DNA from: Kiloniellales bacterium
GTDB taxonomy: Bacteria; Pseudomonadota; Alphaproteobacteria; Kiloniellales; J153
Length of the DNA stretch: 41,826 nucleotides
Assembly: GCA_036444495.1 (NCBI GenBank)
Contig: JAZGBC010000150.1
Span: 1-41,826, forward strand
Direction: 5' to 3'
Numbering within the stretch: position 1 is the stretch's first letter; every line of letters begins with the position of its first letter. The notes below the pieces were generated by a model that was not told where the DNA came from, searched no databases, and saw only the letters and a program-made list of their open reading frames with translations. A program made the position numbers and the translations under genes. Shown piece after piece: positions 25,068 through 35,362 of this stretch.

Positions 25068-27494
25068 ATGCAGACACAGGCCCGTGTGGTGGTGATCGGT
25101 GGCGGCATGATGGGTGCCGGCCTGCTCTATCACCTGGCCCAGGAGGGCTGGACCGACAGCCTGCTGATCGAGAAGGGCGAGCTCACCTCGGGCTCCACCT
25201 GGCACGCGGCCGGCCTCTGCGCCAGCTTCATCGCCGATTTCAACATGGCCAAGATCCATGACTACGGCGTCAGGCTCTACCCCAGGCTCGAGGAGCTCAC
25301 CGGGCAGTACGTGGGCTGGCACGGCTGCAGCGGAATCCGCTTCGCGACCACGCCCCAGGAGGTGGAATGGTTCCACCACGTGGCCGGCGTGGCCAAGCTG
25401 ATCGGCTTTCGCATGGAGGTGATCGACCCCGAAAAGATCAAGCAAATCAATCCCTTCGTAACCACCGAGGGTGTCCTGGCCGGGGCCTGGACCCTGGACG
25501 ACGGGCACGTGGACCCGGCGGGCTGCTGCAATGCGCTCGCCAAGGGTGCGCGCGACATGGGGGCGAGCATCATCCTGCGCAACCGGGTCACGGACATCAA
25601 ACAGCGCCCGGGCGGCGAGTGGGAGGTCGTCACCGAACAGGGCAATGTGGTTTGCGAGCACCTGGTCAACGCGGCCGGCTGCTACGCGCGCCAGATCAGC
25701 CGAATGGCCGGGACCGACGCGCCCATCATCAACATGGAACACAGCTATATCGTCACCGAGCCGATCAAGGAGTTCATCGAGCGCGACGAAGAGATGCCGG
25801 TGATGCGCGATCCCTATGCCTCCGCCTATTTCCGCCAGGAGCAGAAGGCGGGCATGATCGGCATCTACGAGACCGCGAACTCTCAGGAATGCTGGACCCA
25901 CCGGGGAGGCTGGCCCGAGTGGGACTCCGAGAGCGAGCTGTTTTCCGGCGACCTGGACCGCATCGGTCCTTTCGTGGAGCGGGTCCTGGAGCGCATGCCC
26001 ATCTGGGCCGAATCCGGCATCAAGCGCATCGTTGCCGGCGCCATCCCGCACACGCCCGACAACAATCCGCTCGTGGGCCCCGCGCCTGGCCTGCGCAACT
26101 TCTGGCAGTGCTGCGGCTCGGCTATCGGCATCGCGCAAGGGGCGGGCTGCGGCAAGTACCTGGCCCAATGGATGGTGCACGGCGACGCCGAGATCAACAT
26201 GGCCGGCCTCGATCCACGGCGTCTCGGCGGCCATGCCCCGGGCGATTACACCAAGGCGAAGGCGCACGAGGACTACGAGCACATGTACGACCTGCACCTG
26301 CCCGGAGAGGAGCGTCCGGCCGCGCGTAAAGTCCGCGTCACGCCGCTCTACGACAAGCTGGCGGCGCGGGGCGCTGTGCACACCGCGGCCAACGGCTGGG
26401 AGCGGCCCAAGTGGTTCTCCCTCGACGGCCGCGAGGAGGAGCCGGGCTTCCGCCACAACAACGTCTTCGAGGTGGTGGCCGGGGAATGCCGCGCCGTGCG
26501 CGAGCGCGTCGGCCTGCTCGACCTCTCCAGCTTCGCCAAATACGACGTGACCGGCGCGGACGCCGAGGCTTATCTCAACCGCATCTGCGCCAACCGCATG
26601 CCGCGGCGCGAGGGCGGCATCGCGCTGGCCCACTTCCTCTCCGGGGAGGGCCGCATCGCCGGCGAGGCGACGATAACGAAACTAGGCGAGGGGCGCTTCT
26701 ACGTGCTCTCGGGCGCGGCCGCCGAGGATCGCGACCTGGATCACCTGAGCCGGGGCATTCGCGACGGCGAGGACGTGCGCGTTGCCAACATCACCGACGA
26801 TTGGGGCGTGCTGGTGCTGGCCGGGCCGAAGTCGCGCGCCCTCCTCGCCAAGCTGACCGCTGCGGAGCTGGGCAACGAAACCTTCCGCTGGCTCACCGGC
26901 AAGGAGATCGAGGTGGCCGGCGTGCCCCTGCGCGCGCTCAGGGTCAACTACGTGGGCGAGCTGGGCTGGGAGCTGCACTGCTCCATGGACCGCCTGGCCG
27001 AACTCTACGACGCGGTCTGGTCGGCGGGCGAGGCCTTCGGCATCGCGAATTTCGGAGTCTACGCGGTCAACTCCCTGCGCATGGAGAAAGCCTACAAGGG
27101 CTGGGGCGCGGAGCTGACCAACGAGATCACGATGATCGAGGCCGATATGGAACGCTTCGTGGCCTACGACAAGGAGGACTTCCTCGGCAAGGCGGCGACC
27201 CTCAGGGTGAAGCAGGCGGGTGTGACGACGCAGCTTGTCTACCTCGAGGTGGAGCCCGGCGACTGCGACGTGCACGGCGGCGAGCCGGTCATTTCCAACG
27301 GAAAGGTCGTGGGCGTGACCACCTCGGGCGGTTACGGGCACGCCACGGGAAAGAGTCTGGGGTTCGCCTATGTGGAGCCGGCGCTCGCCGCCCCGGGCAG
27401 CGCTTTCCAGATCGATCTTTTAGGCGCGCCCCGCGCCGCAACGGTCCTGGCCGAGCCGATCTACGACCCCAAGAACGAACGCCTCAGGGCGTGA
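25068..27494 (+). CDS. GcvT-family FAD oxidoreductase (dimethylglycine dehydrogenase-like)
   Basis: VVVIGGG..G...LYHLA..GW, ELTSGSTWHAAG, DGHVDP, GWERP.WF, RVNYVGELGWELH, NSLRMEKAY..WG.EL, YDP.N.RLRA. Confidence 0.92.
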   Translation: MQTQARVVVIGGGMMGAGLLYHLAQEGWTDSLLIEKGELTSGSTWHAAGLCASFIADFNMAKIHDYGVRLYPRLEELTGQYVGWHGCSGIRFATTPQEVEWFHHVAGVAKLIGFRMEVIDPEKIKQINPFVTTEGVLAGAWTLDDGHVDPAGCCNALAKGARDMGASIILRNRVTDIKQRPGGEWEVVTEQGNVVCEHLVNAAGCYARQISRMAGTDAPIINMEHSYIVTEPIKEFIERDEEMPVMRDPYASAYFRQEQKAGMIGIYETANSQECWTHRGGWPEWDSESELFSGDLDRIGPFVERVLERMPIWAESGIKRIVAGAIPHTPDNNPLVGPAPGLRNFWQCCGSAIGIAQGAGCGKYLAQWMVHGDAEINMAGLDPRRLGGHAPGDYTKAKAHEDYEHMYDLHLPGEERPAARKVRVTPLYDKLAARGAVHTAANGWERPKWFSLDGREEEPGFRHNNVFEVVAGECRAVRERVGLLDLSSFAKYDVTGADAEAYLNRICANRMPRREGGIALAHFLSGEGRIAGEATITKLGEGRFYVLSGAAAEDRDLDHLSRGIRDGEDVRVANITDDWGVLVLAGPKSRALLAKLTAAELGNETFRWLTGKEIEVAGVPLRALRVNYVGELGWELHCSMDRLAELYDAVWSAGEAFGIANFGVYAVNSLRMEKAYKGWGAELTNEITMIEADMERFVAYDKEDFLGKAATLRVKQAGVTTQLVYLEVEPGDCDVHGGEPVISNGKVVGVTTSGGYGHATGKSLGFAYVEPALAAPGSAFQIDLLGAPRAATVLAEPIYDPKNERLRA

Positions 27495-29002
27495 CAAGCG
27501 ACGTGACGGACAAGGGAACGGGCATCCGCCGCATCGCCGTCGTCGGCACCGGCGTCATCGGCGGCGGCTGGGCCGTGCGTTACCTGGCGCGCGGCTACGA
27601 CGTGGTGGCCTGGGACCCGGCGCCGGGCGCGGAGACGCGCCTGCGCGAGACGGTGGACAGGACCTGGGCCGCCGCGCGCCGCCTGACCCAGGCGCCCGGG
27701 GCAGACCCGGCGCGCCTGAGTTTTACCGATGATCTGGAGTCCGCCGTCGCCCAGGCCGACTTCGTGCAGGAGAACGCGCCGGAGAACGAGCAGCTGAAGC
27801 GCGAGTTGCTGGCTCGCATCGACGCCGCCGCGCGTCCTGAGGTGGTGATCGCCTCGAGCTCCTCCGGGCTTCTGCCCACGCGCATCCAGGCGGATTGCGC
27901 GCATCCGGAACGCATCGTCATCGGCCATCCCTTCAATCCGGTCTATCTCCTGCCGCTGGTCGAGGTGCTGGGCGGCGAGCGCACGCAAGAACGCGCCATC
28001 GATGAAGCCATGACCTTCTACCGGGCGCTCGGCATGCATGCCCTGCGCGTGCGCAAGGAGGTGCCGGGCTACATCTCCGACCGCTTGCAGGAGGCGTTGT
28101 GGCGCGAGGCCCTGCACATGGTGGCGGACGGCGTGGCCAGCAGTGCTGAGATCGACGACGCGATTCTCTACGGCCCCGGCCTGCGCTGGGCCTTCATGGG
28201 GCCGTGCCTGACCTTTCACCTGGCCGGCGGCGAGGCAGGCATGGCCCACATGCTGGAGCAGTTCGGCCCGGCCCTGAAACTGCCCTGGACCAAGCTGGAA
28301 GCGCCCGAGCTGACCGATGAATTGGCCGGGCGCATGATCGAGGGCACCAAGGCGCAGGCCGCGGGGCGCTCTGTCGCCGAGCTGGAGCGCCTGCGCGACG
28401 ACGCCCTGATCGGCATCCTGCAAATTCTTCGGCAGCAGGGCGTGGGCGCGGGCGCGGCCGTGGGCCGGGACGAGGGCAGCCAGTACCAGCGCGGTACGTA
28501 CCGGGCCTGGCGGGCGGGCGACAAGGTGGAGGCGCCGCTGGCGCTGTTCGAGATGCCGGTCAAGCCCGAATGGCTCGACTACAACGGCCACGTGGGCGAG
28601 TCTTTTTACCTGCTCGCCTTCGGCTACGCTTCCGACGCGCTGTTCCGCTACGTGGGTATCGACGAGGCCTACCGTGCCGCGCAGCGGTCCTTCTATACGG
28701 TGGAAAGCCACCTCAACAACTACCGTGAGGTGGGCGGCGGCGAGAGCCTGCGCTTCACCACCCAGCTCCTGGACCTGGACGAGAAACGCCTGCACCTCTT
28801 TCACGCCATGTACCACGGGCGCGAAGGACACCTGCTGGCCAGCGCCGAGCAGATGCTGCTGCACGTGGATATGAGCGTGCCGCGCGCGGCTCCCATCGAG
28901 CCGGAGGTTCACCAGGCACTGGCCGCGGTCGTGGCGGCGCACGAGGATTTGCCGCCGCCGGAGCAGGCCGGGCGCAGGATCGGCATCAAACGCAAAGAGT
29001 GA
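27491..29002 (+). CDS. lcdH: L-carnitine 3-dehydrogenase fused to a C-terminal hotdog thioesterase
   Basis: GTGA overlap with the preceding stop; GTGVIGGGW, FVQENAPE, GHPFNPVYLLPLVE, DRLQEALWREALH, GPGLRWA.MG; then EWLDYNGHV.E..Y, YTVESH, EQMLLHVD thioesterase. Confidence 0.9.
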   Translation: MTSDVTDKGTGIRRIAVVGTGVIGGGWAVRYLARGYDVVAWDPAPGAETRLRETVDRTWAAARRLTQAPGADPARLSFTDDLESAVAQADFVQENAPENEQLKRELLARIDAAARPEVVIASSSSGLLPTRIQADCAHPERIVIGHPFNPVYLLPLVEVLGGERTQERAIDEAMTFYRALGMHALRVRKEVPGYISDRLQEALWREALHMVADGVASSAEIDDAILYGPGLRWAFMGPCLTFHLAGGEAGMAHMLEQFGPALKLPWTKLEAPELTDELAGRMIEGTKAQAAGRSVAELERLRDDALIGILQILRQQGVGAGAAVGRDEGSQYQRGTYRAWRAGDKVEAPLALFEMPVKPEWLDYNGHVGESFYLLAFGYASDALFRYVGIDEAYRAAQRSFYTVESHLNNYREVGGGESLRFTTQLLDLDEKRLHLFHAMYHGREGHLLASAEQMLLHVDMSVPRAAPIEPEVHQALAAVVAAHEDLPPPEQAGRRIGIKRKE

Positions 29003-31158
29003 TTGCCGTGGGGCGGGAGACAGCGAGCAACCTGGAGACGGCGCAAGCGCCCGAGAGCGGCGCCGGGCTGCGCGCTGCGCGGCGCGCCAACCTCAAGCGC
29101 CTGCTCGCGCCCCGCCGGATCGCGGTGATCGGCGGGCGCGAGGCCGAGGCGGTGCTGCGACAGTGCGACCGGGTCGGCTTCCAGGGCGAGATCTGGCCGG
29201 TAAACCCCAAGCGCGACAGCCTGGGCGGCCGGCCCTGCCATGCCTCGCTCGCCGAGCTGCCGGGCGTGCCGGACGCCGCTTTCATCGCCGTGCCGGCCCC
29301 GGTGACGGTGGAGGTGGTGCGCGAGCTGGCCGCGTTGGGCACGGCGGGTTGCGTCTGCTACGCGGCGGGTTTCGCCGAGCTGGGCGCCGGGGGGGCGGAA
29401 CTCCAATCGCGCCTCATCGAGGCCGCGGGGGAGATGGCGCTGGTCGGGCCCAACTGCTACGGCCTGCTCAACTACCTGGATGGGGTCGCCCTCTGGCCCG
29501 ACGCCCAGGGCGGCGCGCGGGTCGAGCGCGGCGTGGCGATCGTCACGCAAAGCGGCAACGTGGGCATCAATCTCACCATGCAGGATCGCTCCCTGCCCAT
29601 CGCCACCGTGGTCTCCCTCGGCAATCAGGCTTGCCTGGATTTCGCCGATTACGTGGAAGTCCTGGCCGGGGATGAGCGGATCAGCGCCATCGGGCTCTGC
29701 ATGGAAGGCTTGTCCGATGTCGCCGCCTTCTCCCGCGCCGCCGCAACCGCGCGCGCGCACCGCGTGCCGCTGGTCGCGCTCAAGAGCGGCAGTTCCGATC
29801 TGGGCAAGCGCATCGCGCTCAGCCACACCGCCTCCCTGGCCGGCGCCGAGGAGCTGTACGAGGCACTGTTCGCGCGTCTGGGCGTCCTGCGCGTGCCCTC
29901 GCTGGATGCTCTGGTGGAGACGCTCAAGCTCTTCAGCGTGACCGGGCCGCTGCCGGGCCGGCGCCTGGCGCTGATGAGCTGTTCGGGCGGGGAGGCGGTG
30001 CTGGGCGCCGATCTGGCCGGCGAGCAGGGCTTCACCCTGCCGCCCTTCAGCGAAGGCCAGGCCGCCGAGCTGCGCGGGCAGCTCTCGGACTTCGCCGTGG
30101 TGTCCAATCCCCTGGACTACAACACGGCGATCTGGGGCGACCCCGCGGCGCTGGAGCGCTGCTTCACCACGGTCCTGCGCGAGAGCTTCGACGTCTCGGT
30201 CCTGGCCATCGATTATCCGCGGCCCGGCGTGGACGGCGAAGAGGATTGGGATGCGGCGCTGGAGGCCTATCTGAGCGCGGCCAAGACGACGGGCACCACC
30301 GCCGTGGTCATGTCCACGCTGACCGAGCTGCTGCCCGAATCGCCGCGGGAAAAAGCGATCGCGGCCGGTGTAGCGCCGCTACAGGGCTTGCTGGAAACCA
30401 TGACCGGACTCGGTGCCGCGGCGCGCTATGGCGAATGGCTCGAACAAGACCTCGCCGGGGAGATCGCGCTGCCCGAACCCGGACCCGAGCCCAAGGATGC
30501 CAAGGCACTCGACGAGTGGCGGAGCAAGCAAGCGCTCGCCCATTACGGGCTGGTCATCCCTGAAGGCGATCTGGTCGAGGCGGAGGATGCGGCCGAGGTG
30601 GCCGGCGCGCTCGGCTTCCCTGTGGCGCTCAAGGCCGTGGGGCCGGATCTGGTGCACAAGAGCGAGCGGGGCGCGGTCGTGCTCGGCCTGGACAGCGGGC
30701 CCGAGGTGGCCGCGGCGGCGGCCGGGATTCGCCAGGCGCTGGCCGGGACGCCGGCGGGCGAGGGTCCGCTCCTGGTCGAGCGCATGGTGCAGGACGCCGT
30801 GGCCGAGCTCATCATCGGGGTCAAGTTCGACCCGCAGTTCGGCCTGGCCCTGGTGCTGGGCTCGGGCGGCGTTCTGGTGGAGCTGGTGGGCGATGCGCGC
30901 AGCCTCTTGCTGCCGGCGAGCCGGCGGGAGATCATCGCGGCGCTGGATGGCCTGAAAGTGGCCCGGCTGCTCGCCGGCTACCGCGGCCGGCCCGAAGGCG
31001 ACCGGGAGGCGGTACTGGCGGCGGTCGAGGCGGTGGCCCGCTTCGCCGAGGCCCAGCGGGGCCGCCTGCTTGAGTTGGATATCAACCCCTTGCTGGTCCG
31101 GCCGCGCGGCAAAGGCGCCGTCGTGGCCGATGCCTGGATCAAAATGGCGCAGGAATGA
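28999..31158 (+). CDS. Acetate-CoA ligase family (ADP-forming acyl-CoA synthetase, fused alpha/beta)
   Basis: [36 protein letters not shown] (phospho-His), SCSGG, NPLD, HKSE.GAV, ELDINPL. Confidence 0.9.
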   Translation: MIAVGRETASNLETAQAPESGAGLRAARRANLKRLLAPRRIAVIGGREAEAVLRQCDRVGFQGEIWPVNPKRDSLGGRPCHASLAELPGVPDAAFIAVPAPVTVEVVRELAALGTAGCVCYAAGFAELGAGGAELQSRLIEAAGEMALVGPNCYGLLNYLDGVALWPDAQGGARVERGVAIVTQSGNVGINLTMQDRSLPIATVVSLGNQACLDFADYVEVLAGDERISAIGLCMEGLSDVAAFSRAAATARAHRVPLVALKSGSSDLGKRIALSHTASLAGAEELYEALFARLGVLRVPSLDALVETLKLFSVTGPLPGRRLALMSCSGGEAVLGADLAGEQGFTLPPFSEGQAAELRGQLSDFAVVSNPLDYNTAIWGDPAALERCFTTVLRESFDVSVLAIDYPRPGVDGEEDWDAALEAYLSAAKTTGTTAVVMSTLTELLPESPREKAIAAGVAPLQGLLETMTGLGAAARYGEWLEQDLAGEIALPEPGPEPKDAKALDEWRSKQALAHYGLVIPEGDLVEAEDAAEVAGALGFPVALKAVGPDLVHKSERGAVVLGLDSGPEVAAAAAGIRQALAGTPAGEGPLLVERMVQDAVAELIIGVKFDPQFGLALVLGSGGVLVELVGDARSLLLPASRREIIAALDGLKVARLLAGYRGRPEGDREAVLAAVEAVARFAEAQRGRLLELDINPLLVRPRGKGAVVADAWIKMAQE

Positions 31159-31168
31159 GGCGAAGATC

Positions 31169-31957
31169 ATGAGCGATGCCGTACGCAGCGAGCGCCGGGG
31201 CGCGGTGCTCGAAATCACCCTGGACCGGCCCAAGGCCAACGCGATCGATTCGCTGACCAGCCGCGCGCTGGCCGAGGCCTTTCTCTCCCTGCAGAACGAT
31301 CCCGAACTGCGCGTGGCCATCATCACCGGCGGGGGCGGGAAGTTCTTCTCCGCCGGCTGGGACTTGAAGGCCGCCGCCGCGGGCCAGGAGACGCTGGATG
31401 GGGACTATGGGCCGGGCGGTTTCGCGGGCCTCACCGAACTCTTCGAGCTGGACAAGCCGGTCATCGCCGCGATCAACGGCCTGGCCGTGGGCGGCGGCTT
31501 CGAGCTGGCGCTGGCTTCGGACATGATCGTGGCGGCCGAGCACGCCGAATTCTTCCTGCCCGAGATCAACCTGGGCATCATCGCCAACGGCGGCGGCGTC
31601 CTGCGCCTGCCGCAGCGCATACCCCAGGCCATCGCCATGGAGATGCTGCTCACCGGCCGGCGCATGGGCGCCAAGGAGGCCGCCCACTGGGGCCTGGTCA
31701 ATCTCATGGTCCCGGCTTCGGACCTGATGGCCACGGCGCGCAAGATGGCGGCGCAGGTTGCCGCCGCCGCGCCGCTTTCCATTCGGGCCACGAAGGAAGT
31801 GGTGCGCGCCACCCGGCAGCTGAGTGTGGAGGAGGGCTACGCGGTCATGAACGGCGGCGGGTTGGAGGTGTACGAGCGCATGCTGGCCTCCGAGGACGCC
31901 AAGGAGGGCGCGCGCGCCTTCGCAGAGAAACGCGAGCCGGTCTGGCGGGGCGCCTGA
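31169..31957 (+). CDS. caiD: Carnitinyl-CoA dehydratase (crotonase family)
   Basis: [65 protein letters not shown]; closely matches the CaiD pattern. Confidence 0.85.
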   Translation: MSDAVRSERRGAVLEITLDRPKANAIDSLTSRALAEAFLSLQNDPELRVAIITGGGGKFFSAGWDLKAAAAGQETLDGDYGPGGFAGLTELFELDKPVIAAINGLAVGGGFELALASDMIVAAEHAEFFLPEINLGIIANGGGVLRLPQRIPQAIAMEMLLTGRRMGAKEAAHWGLVNLMVPASDLMATARKMAAQVAAAAPLSIRATKEVVRATRQLSVEEGYAVMNGGGLEVYERMLASEDAKEGARAFAEKREPVWRGA

Positions 31958-32064
31958 TCGCTTCCTGGCTTCACAAGGCCTGGACAAAGCCGTCCGGCCG
32001 GGCCAAGACTTGCGAATCGCACGGGCCCGGAGCCCCCCGGTGGGGTCGGGCGGGTCCGCGCGTC

Positions 32065-33108
32065 TTGCTAGGGTGGCCGGCCTTGTTCGACGGACAGAGC
32101 CCCGACGGCCCGGAGCGTCTCGGGTTCCTGCTGGTCCCGGGCTTCTCCATGATCGGCTTCTTCTCGGCTATCGAGCCGCTGCGCGTGGCCAACCGCCTGA
32201 AGGGCCGCCAGCTCTATAGCTGGCGCATCTTCTCGCTGGACGGCGAGCCGGTCGCGGCGAGCAACGGCATGACCATCGTGGCCGATGCCTCCATATCCCA
32301 GGTGGAGCGCTTTCCCACCGTCATCGTTTGCGCCAGCTACGAGCCCGAGCGTTACCTGAGCAAGCGCCTGCTCGCCTGGCTGCGCAGGCTGGACCGCCAG
32401 GGCGCGCGGTTGGGGGCACTGGAGACCGGCGCGCATGTCCTGGCGCGAGCGGGCCTGCTCGACGGCTACCGCGCCACCCTGCACTGGGAGAGCGCCCCGG
32501 CCTTCGCCGAGAAGTTCCCCACCGTGGAGGTCAGCCACGAGCTCTTCGAGATCGACCGCAAGCGCATCACCTGCTCCGGCGGCACGGCGGCCATCGATCT
32601 CATGCTGCACCTCATGGCCGGACGTCATGGGCAGCAGCTGGCGCTGGACGTCTCCGAGCAGCTGCTGCACGCCCGCATCCGCAACCCCGATGACCATCAG
32701 CGCATGGCCCTGGGCCAGCGCCTGGGCGTGCGCCACCCCAAGCTGATCCGCATCGTCGAGGCCATGGAGGAGAACCTGGAGGAGCCTTTGCGCCTGGACG
32801 GGCTCTCCGCCCTCGGCGGCATCTCGCGGCGTCAGCTCGAGCGCCTGTTCCGCAACCATCTGGCGGACACGCCCAGCGGCTATTACCTCAAGCTGCGCCT
32901 CTACCGCGCGCGCCAGTTCCTCGAGCAGACCGACATGAGCGTGCTCGACGTCTCGCTGGCCTGCGGCTTTATCTCCGCGCCCTACTTCTCGCGCGCCTAT
33001 CGCGCGCTCTTCGGCCGGGCCCCGCGCGACGACCGGCGCAACCTGCGCCTGGGCGTCGGCCGCACCGGCTGGTTCATGCCCGGGGCGGAAGGTCTCGACC
33101 TGCTATAA
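32065..33108 (+). CDS. GlxA-family AraC regulator (GATase-like + HTH; CdhR/GbdR-like)
   Basis: FLLVPGFSM.....AIEPLR.AN, TGA..LA.AGLLDGY.AT.HWE, TCSGG.A..DLML, SRRQLERLF, ACGF.S..YFSRAY; start uncertain (32065-32083). Confidence 0.92.
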   Translation: MLGWPALFDGQSPDGPERLGFLLVPGFSMIGFFSAIEPLRVANRLKGRQLYSWRIFSLDGEPVAASNGMTIVADASISQVERFPTVIVCASYEPERYLSKRLLAWLRRLDRQGARLGALETGAHVLARAGLLDGYRATLHWESAPAFAEKFPTVEVSHELFEIDRKRITCSGGTAAIDLMLHLMAGRHGQQLALDVSEQLLHARIRNPDDHQRMALGQRLGVRHPKLIRIVEAMEENLEEPLRLDGLSALGGISRRQLERLFRNHLADTPSGYYLKLRLYRARQFLEQTDMSVLDVSLACGFISAPYFSRAYRALFGRAPRDDRRNLRLGVGRTGWFMPGAEGLDLL

Positions 33109-33125
33109 TCCGGAGCTACGGCGCG

Positions 33126-33824
33126 TTACGGCCGGGTGTCGGCCATGACCTCTTCGGTCAGGAGCGAACTCACGAGGTCTATGAAGACGTTGCCCTGGAC
33201 GCTGACGTGCTGGCGCATCAGCTCGTCGGTGCGGTCCCCATCGCCCGCGAGGATAGCCGCGATGATCGCCTCGTGCTCCTCGTGCGATTCGAACAGCCGG
33301 CCGCGCTGCTGGAGCTGGTGCCGGCGGTAGGCCGAGAGACGGGTGCGGATGTTGCGCGTCGTCTCGTAGAGGAAGGGATTGTGCGCGCCGGCATAGATGT
33401 GGTCGTGAAACTTGGCGCTCAAGGCATAGCATTCGGCGACGTCGGGCGTTTCGGCGCCGGCGGCGCGGCCGTATTCCTCATGTGCCTCTCTAAGCCGTAT
33501 CCGTTCCCCCTCCGTCATGCGGCGGGCGGCCAGGCGCGCGCAGAGGCCCTCCAGCACCGACATGACCTCGAACATCTGGATCATGGCCGGAATCGAGATA
33601 TCGGCCACGACCGCGCCCCGGCGCGGGCGCAACTCCACCGGACCGGCGGCTGAAAGATGCCGAAGGGCTTCGCGCACCGGCGTGCGCGAGGCGCCGAACT
33701 GGACCGCGAGCGTCTGTTCGTCCAATCGCTCGCCGGGCTTCAGGACGCCGGTGAGGATTTCCTGCTCCAGGCTCCGGACGATCGTCTGTACGAGGCCGCC
33801 GTGTTTTGTCCGCTGAGTTGCCAT
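33126..33824 (-). CDS. GntR family regulator (FCD domain)
   Basis: I..G.L.PGERL.E..LA..FG.SRTPVREAL, LEG.CARLAA.R, FH..IY....N..L, EH..I..AI..GD. Confidence 0.93.
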   Translation of the reverse strand: MATQRTKHGGLVQTIVRSLEQEILTGVLKPGERLDEQTLAVQFGASRTPVREALRHLSAAGPVELRPRRGAVVADISIPAMIQMFEVMSVLEGLCARLAARRMTEGERIRLREAHEEYGRAAGAETPDVAECYALSAKFHDHIYAGAHNPFLYETTRNIRTRLSAYRRHQLQQRGRLFESHEEHEAIIAAILAGDGDRTDELMRQHVSVQGNVFIDLVSSLLTEEVMADTRP

Positions 33825-34224
33825 CTTGGGGGCGCTCCCAAACTTCTTCCCCCTGGAATCGAATCGAAGTTATATACTAGTTATAGTAGAATGCATACGA
33901 ATATTTGCCCTTATTATTATTGTGTGAATTTTTATTTCCTTATATTAGAAGTGGAATAGACTTGTTCCTATTTTCGTAGGTTTTCTCTAGGAATATGGCA
34001 GTAAATATACCGGATTATTATTTGTCCATAACATGGGTGTGGGAATTTTCGTGCGGCCTTAGGGGGGGCAGGGATGGGTACTTCTCTCAACCGGCGGATG
34101 ACCGCTGCGGCTTTTGTCTACTCGGCGGGATGGGTTGTGCCCGCAGCAGCCCGCGCATCGAGTTGCCAAGGTAGGGCACATTGAATGACGGTCCGGGCTT
34201 CACCGGCGCCAAGGACCGGGGCGT

Positions 34225-35130
34225 CTAGCTTTCCGGCCCCTTGACGAACTCCGCGATGACATCGGCCAGATCCTCGCCGAAAAGGTCGAGGAAAAAATGG
34301 CCGGCGTCCTCGATTTCCACGTACTTCAGCTTCTTCCCGTCGGCCAACGGCTGGACCACCGGACGCAGACCGGTAACGACGCGGTCCTCCGTTCCCGCGA
34401 CCACCAAGACCGGCTTCTTGATCTTGGGTAGGTGATGCGGCGTGCTCTTCGCGGGATCGCCGCCGTAGTAGCTGACGAAGGTCGCCGCGCTCACGCTCGC
34501 CTGCGGGCAATAGAGAAAATCCGTCTCGGCGAGCATCGTATCTCCCTTGCCCGCGTCCACCAGGGACTGCGCCTTGGCGACCTGTGGCGCCAGGTCCTTC
34601 TTGTATCTTTCTTTATAGCTTCGGCCGACCACGTCCGCGGACCAAAGGCCCGGCGCAATCAGGATCACCTTTTTGACTGCCGGAATGTCCCGCTCGGCGG
34701 CGAACCACGCGGTATCTCGTCCACCACTGGAATGGCCGGCCAGGATGATGTCTTTGGCGCCCTTCTTGTCGAGCCATGCGATCCAGGCGCCGATCTCGTC
34801 GAGCGCATCGGCCGCCTTGTGGGTATGGGGCACGGCACAGTCATACATGCCGTGGCGATCACCCAAGCCAAGACTCAAGCTAATCGCGAGGCTGTTGAGG
34901 TTGCGTTCCCCGAGCAGCTTCTGCAGGGTCGCGATGATCTCCATGCCGTTGTGCGCCAGCAAGCCGTGGGTGATCAGCACGACCCCGTCGGCCAAGCCGT
35001 TGTCGCTGGCAATTTCCAGGTTGGCGTTCAGGGTCAGGCCGTCGTGGGACAGCTTGAACTCCTCGGCCCGGAGGGAAACCACCGAACCAAGGAAGAGCAT
35101 CGCAGACAGCACGAACGGCAGCGTTTTCAT
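34225..35130 (-). CDS. Secreted alpha/beta-fold hydrolase
   Basis: Signal peptide; HG oxyanion motif, nucleophile elbow GHSSGG, GTEDRVV (Asp), AGHFF (His). Confidence 0.85.
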   Translation of the reverse strand: MKTLPFVLSAMLFLGSVVSLRAEEFKLSHDGLTLNANLEIASDNGLADGVVLITHGLLAHNGMEIIATLQKLLGERNLNSLAISLSLGLGDRHGMYDCAVPHTHKAADALDEIGAWIAWLDKKGAKDIILAGHSSGGRDTAWFAAERDIPAVKKVILIAPGLWSADVVGRSYKERYKKDLAPQVAKAQSLVDAGKGDTMLAETDFLYCPQASVSAATFVSYYGGDPAKSTPHHLPKIKKPVLVVAGTEDRVVTGLRPVVQPLADGKKLKYVEIEDAGHFFLDLFGEDLADVIAEFVKGPES

Positions 35131-35220
35131 GGCGCAGCCTCCGGCCCGAGGATAGCATGCCCGGGTGCGGCGCGGCCACTGTCGAGGGAGGGAAACCTGT
35201 CGATTCGCGCGTGAGCGGCC

Positions 35221-35362
35221 CTAGAGCAGCATCCGTTCAGATGGAATCGCTTTCAGCGATCCAACTGAAGGGATAAAGCTGCTCTACCTATTGAAAAGTA
35301 GAGCAATTTTATCCGAACGGATGGAGCCGGGCCGGTTCCATCCGGTTCGGATATTGCTCTAG
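35221..35362. repeat. 142-bp double-hairpin palindromic element with CTAGAGCA termini (RIME/MITE-like)
   Basis: Starts CTAGAGCA and ends TGCTCTAG; two long imperfect hairpins, each bounded by TAGAGCA...TGCTCTA, joined by an AT-rich spacer. Confidence 0.8.

Noticed and set aside
24303-26633. 776-aa minus-strand ORF
   Set aside because: Antisense shadow of mttB/gcvT; typical stop-poor frame of high-GC DNA with no recognisable motifs.
26411-27490. Apparent 360-aa N-terminal extension of carnitine dehydrogenase
   Set aside because: Out-of-frame overlap with gcvT, Arg/Gly-rich nonsense; the real start is the GTGA-coupled codon at 27491 or just after.
27491-29002. Dehydrogenase-thioesterase fusion as a novelty
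   Set aside because: This fusion is already known from rhizobial carnitine dehydrogenases.
35221-35362. CRISPR array or tRNA
   Set aside because: The repeats are inverted rather than direct with unique spacers, there are no cas genes, and no cloverleaf is evident.
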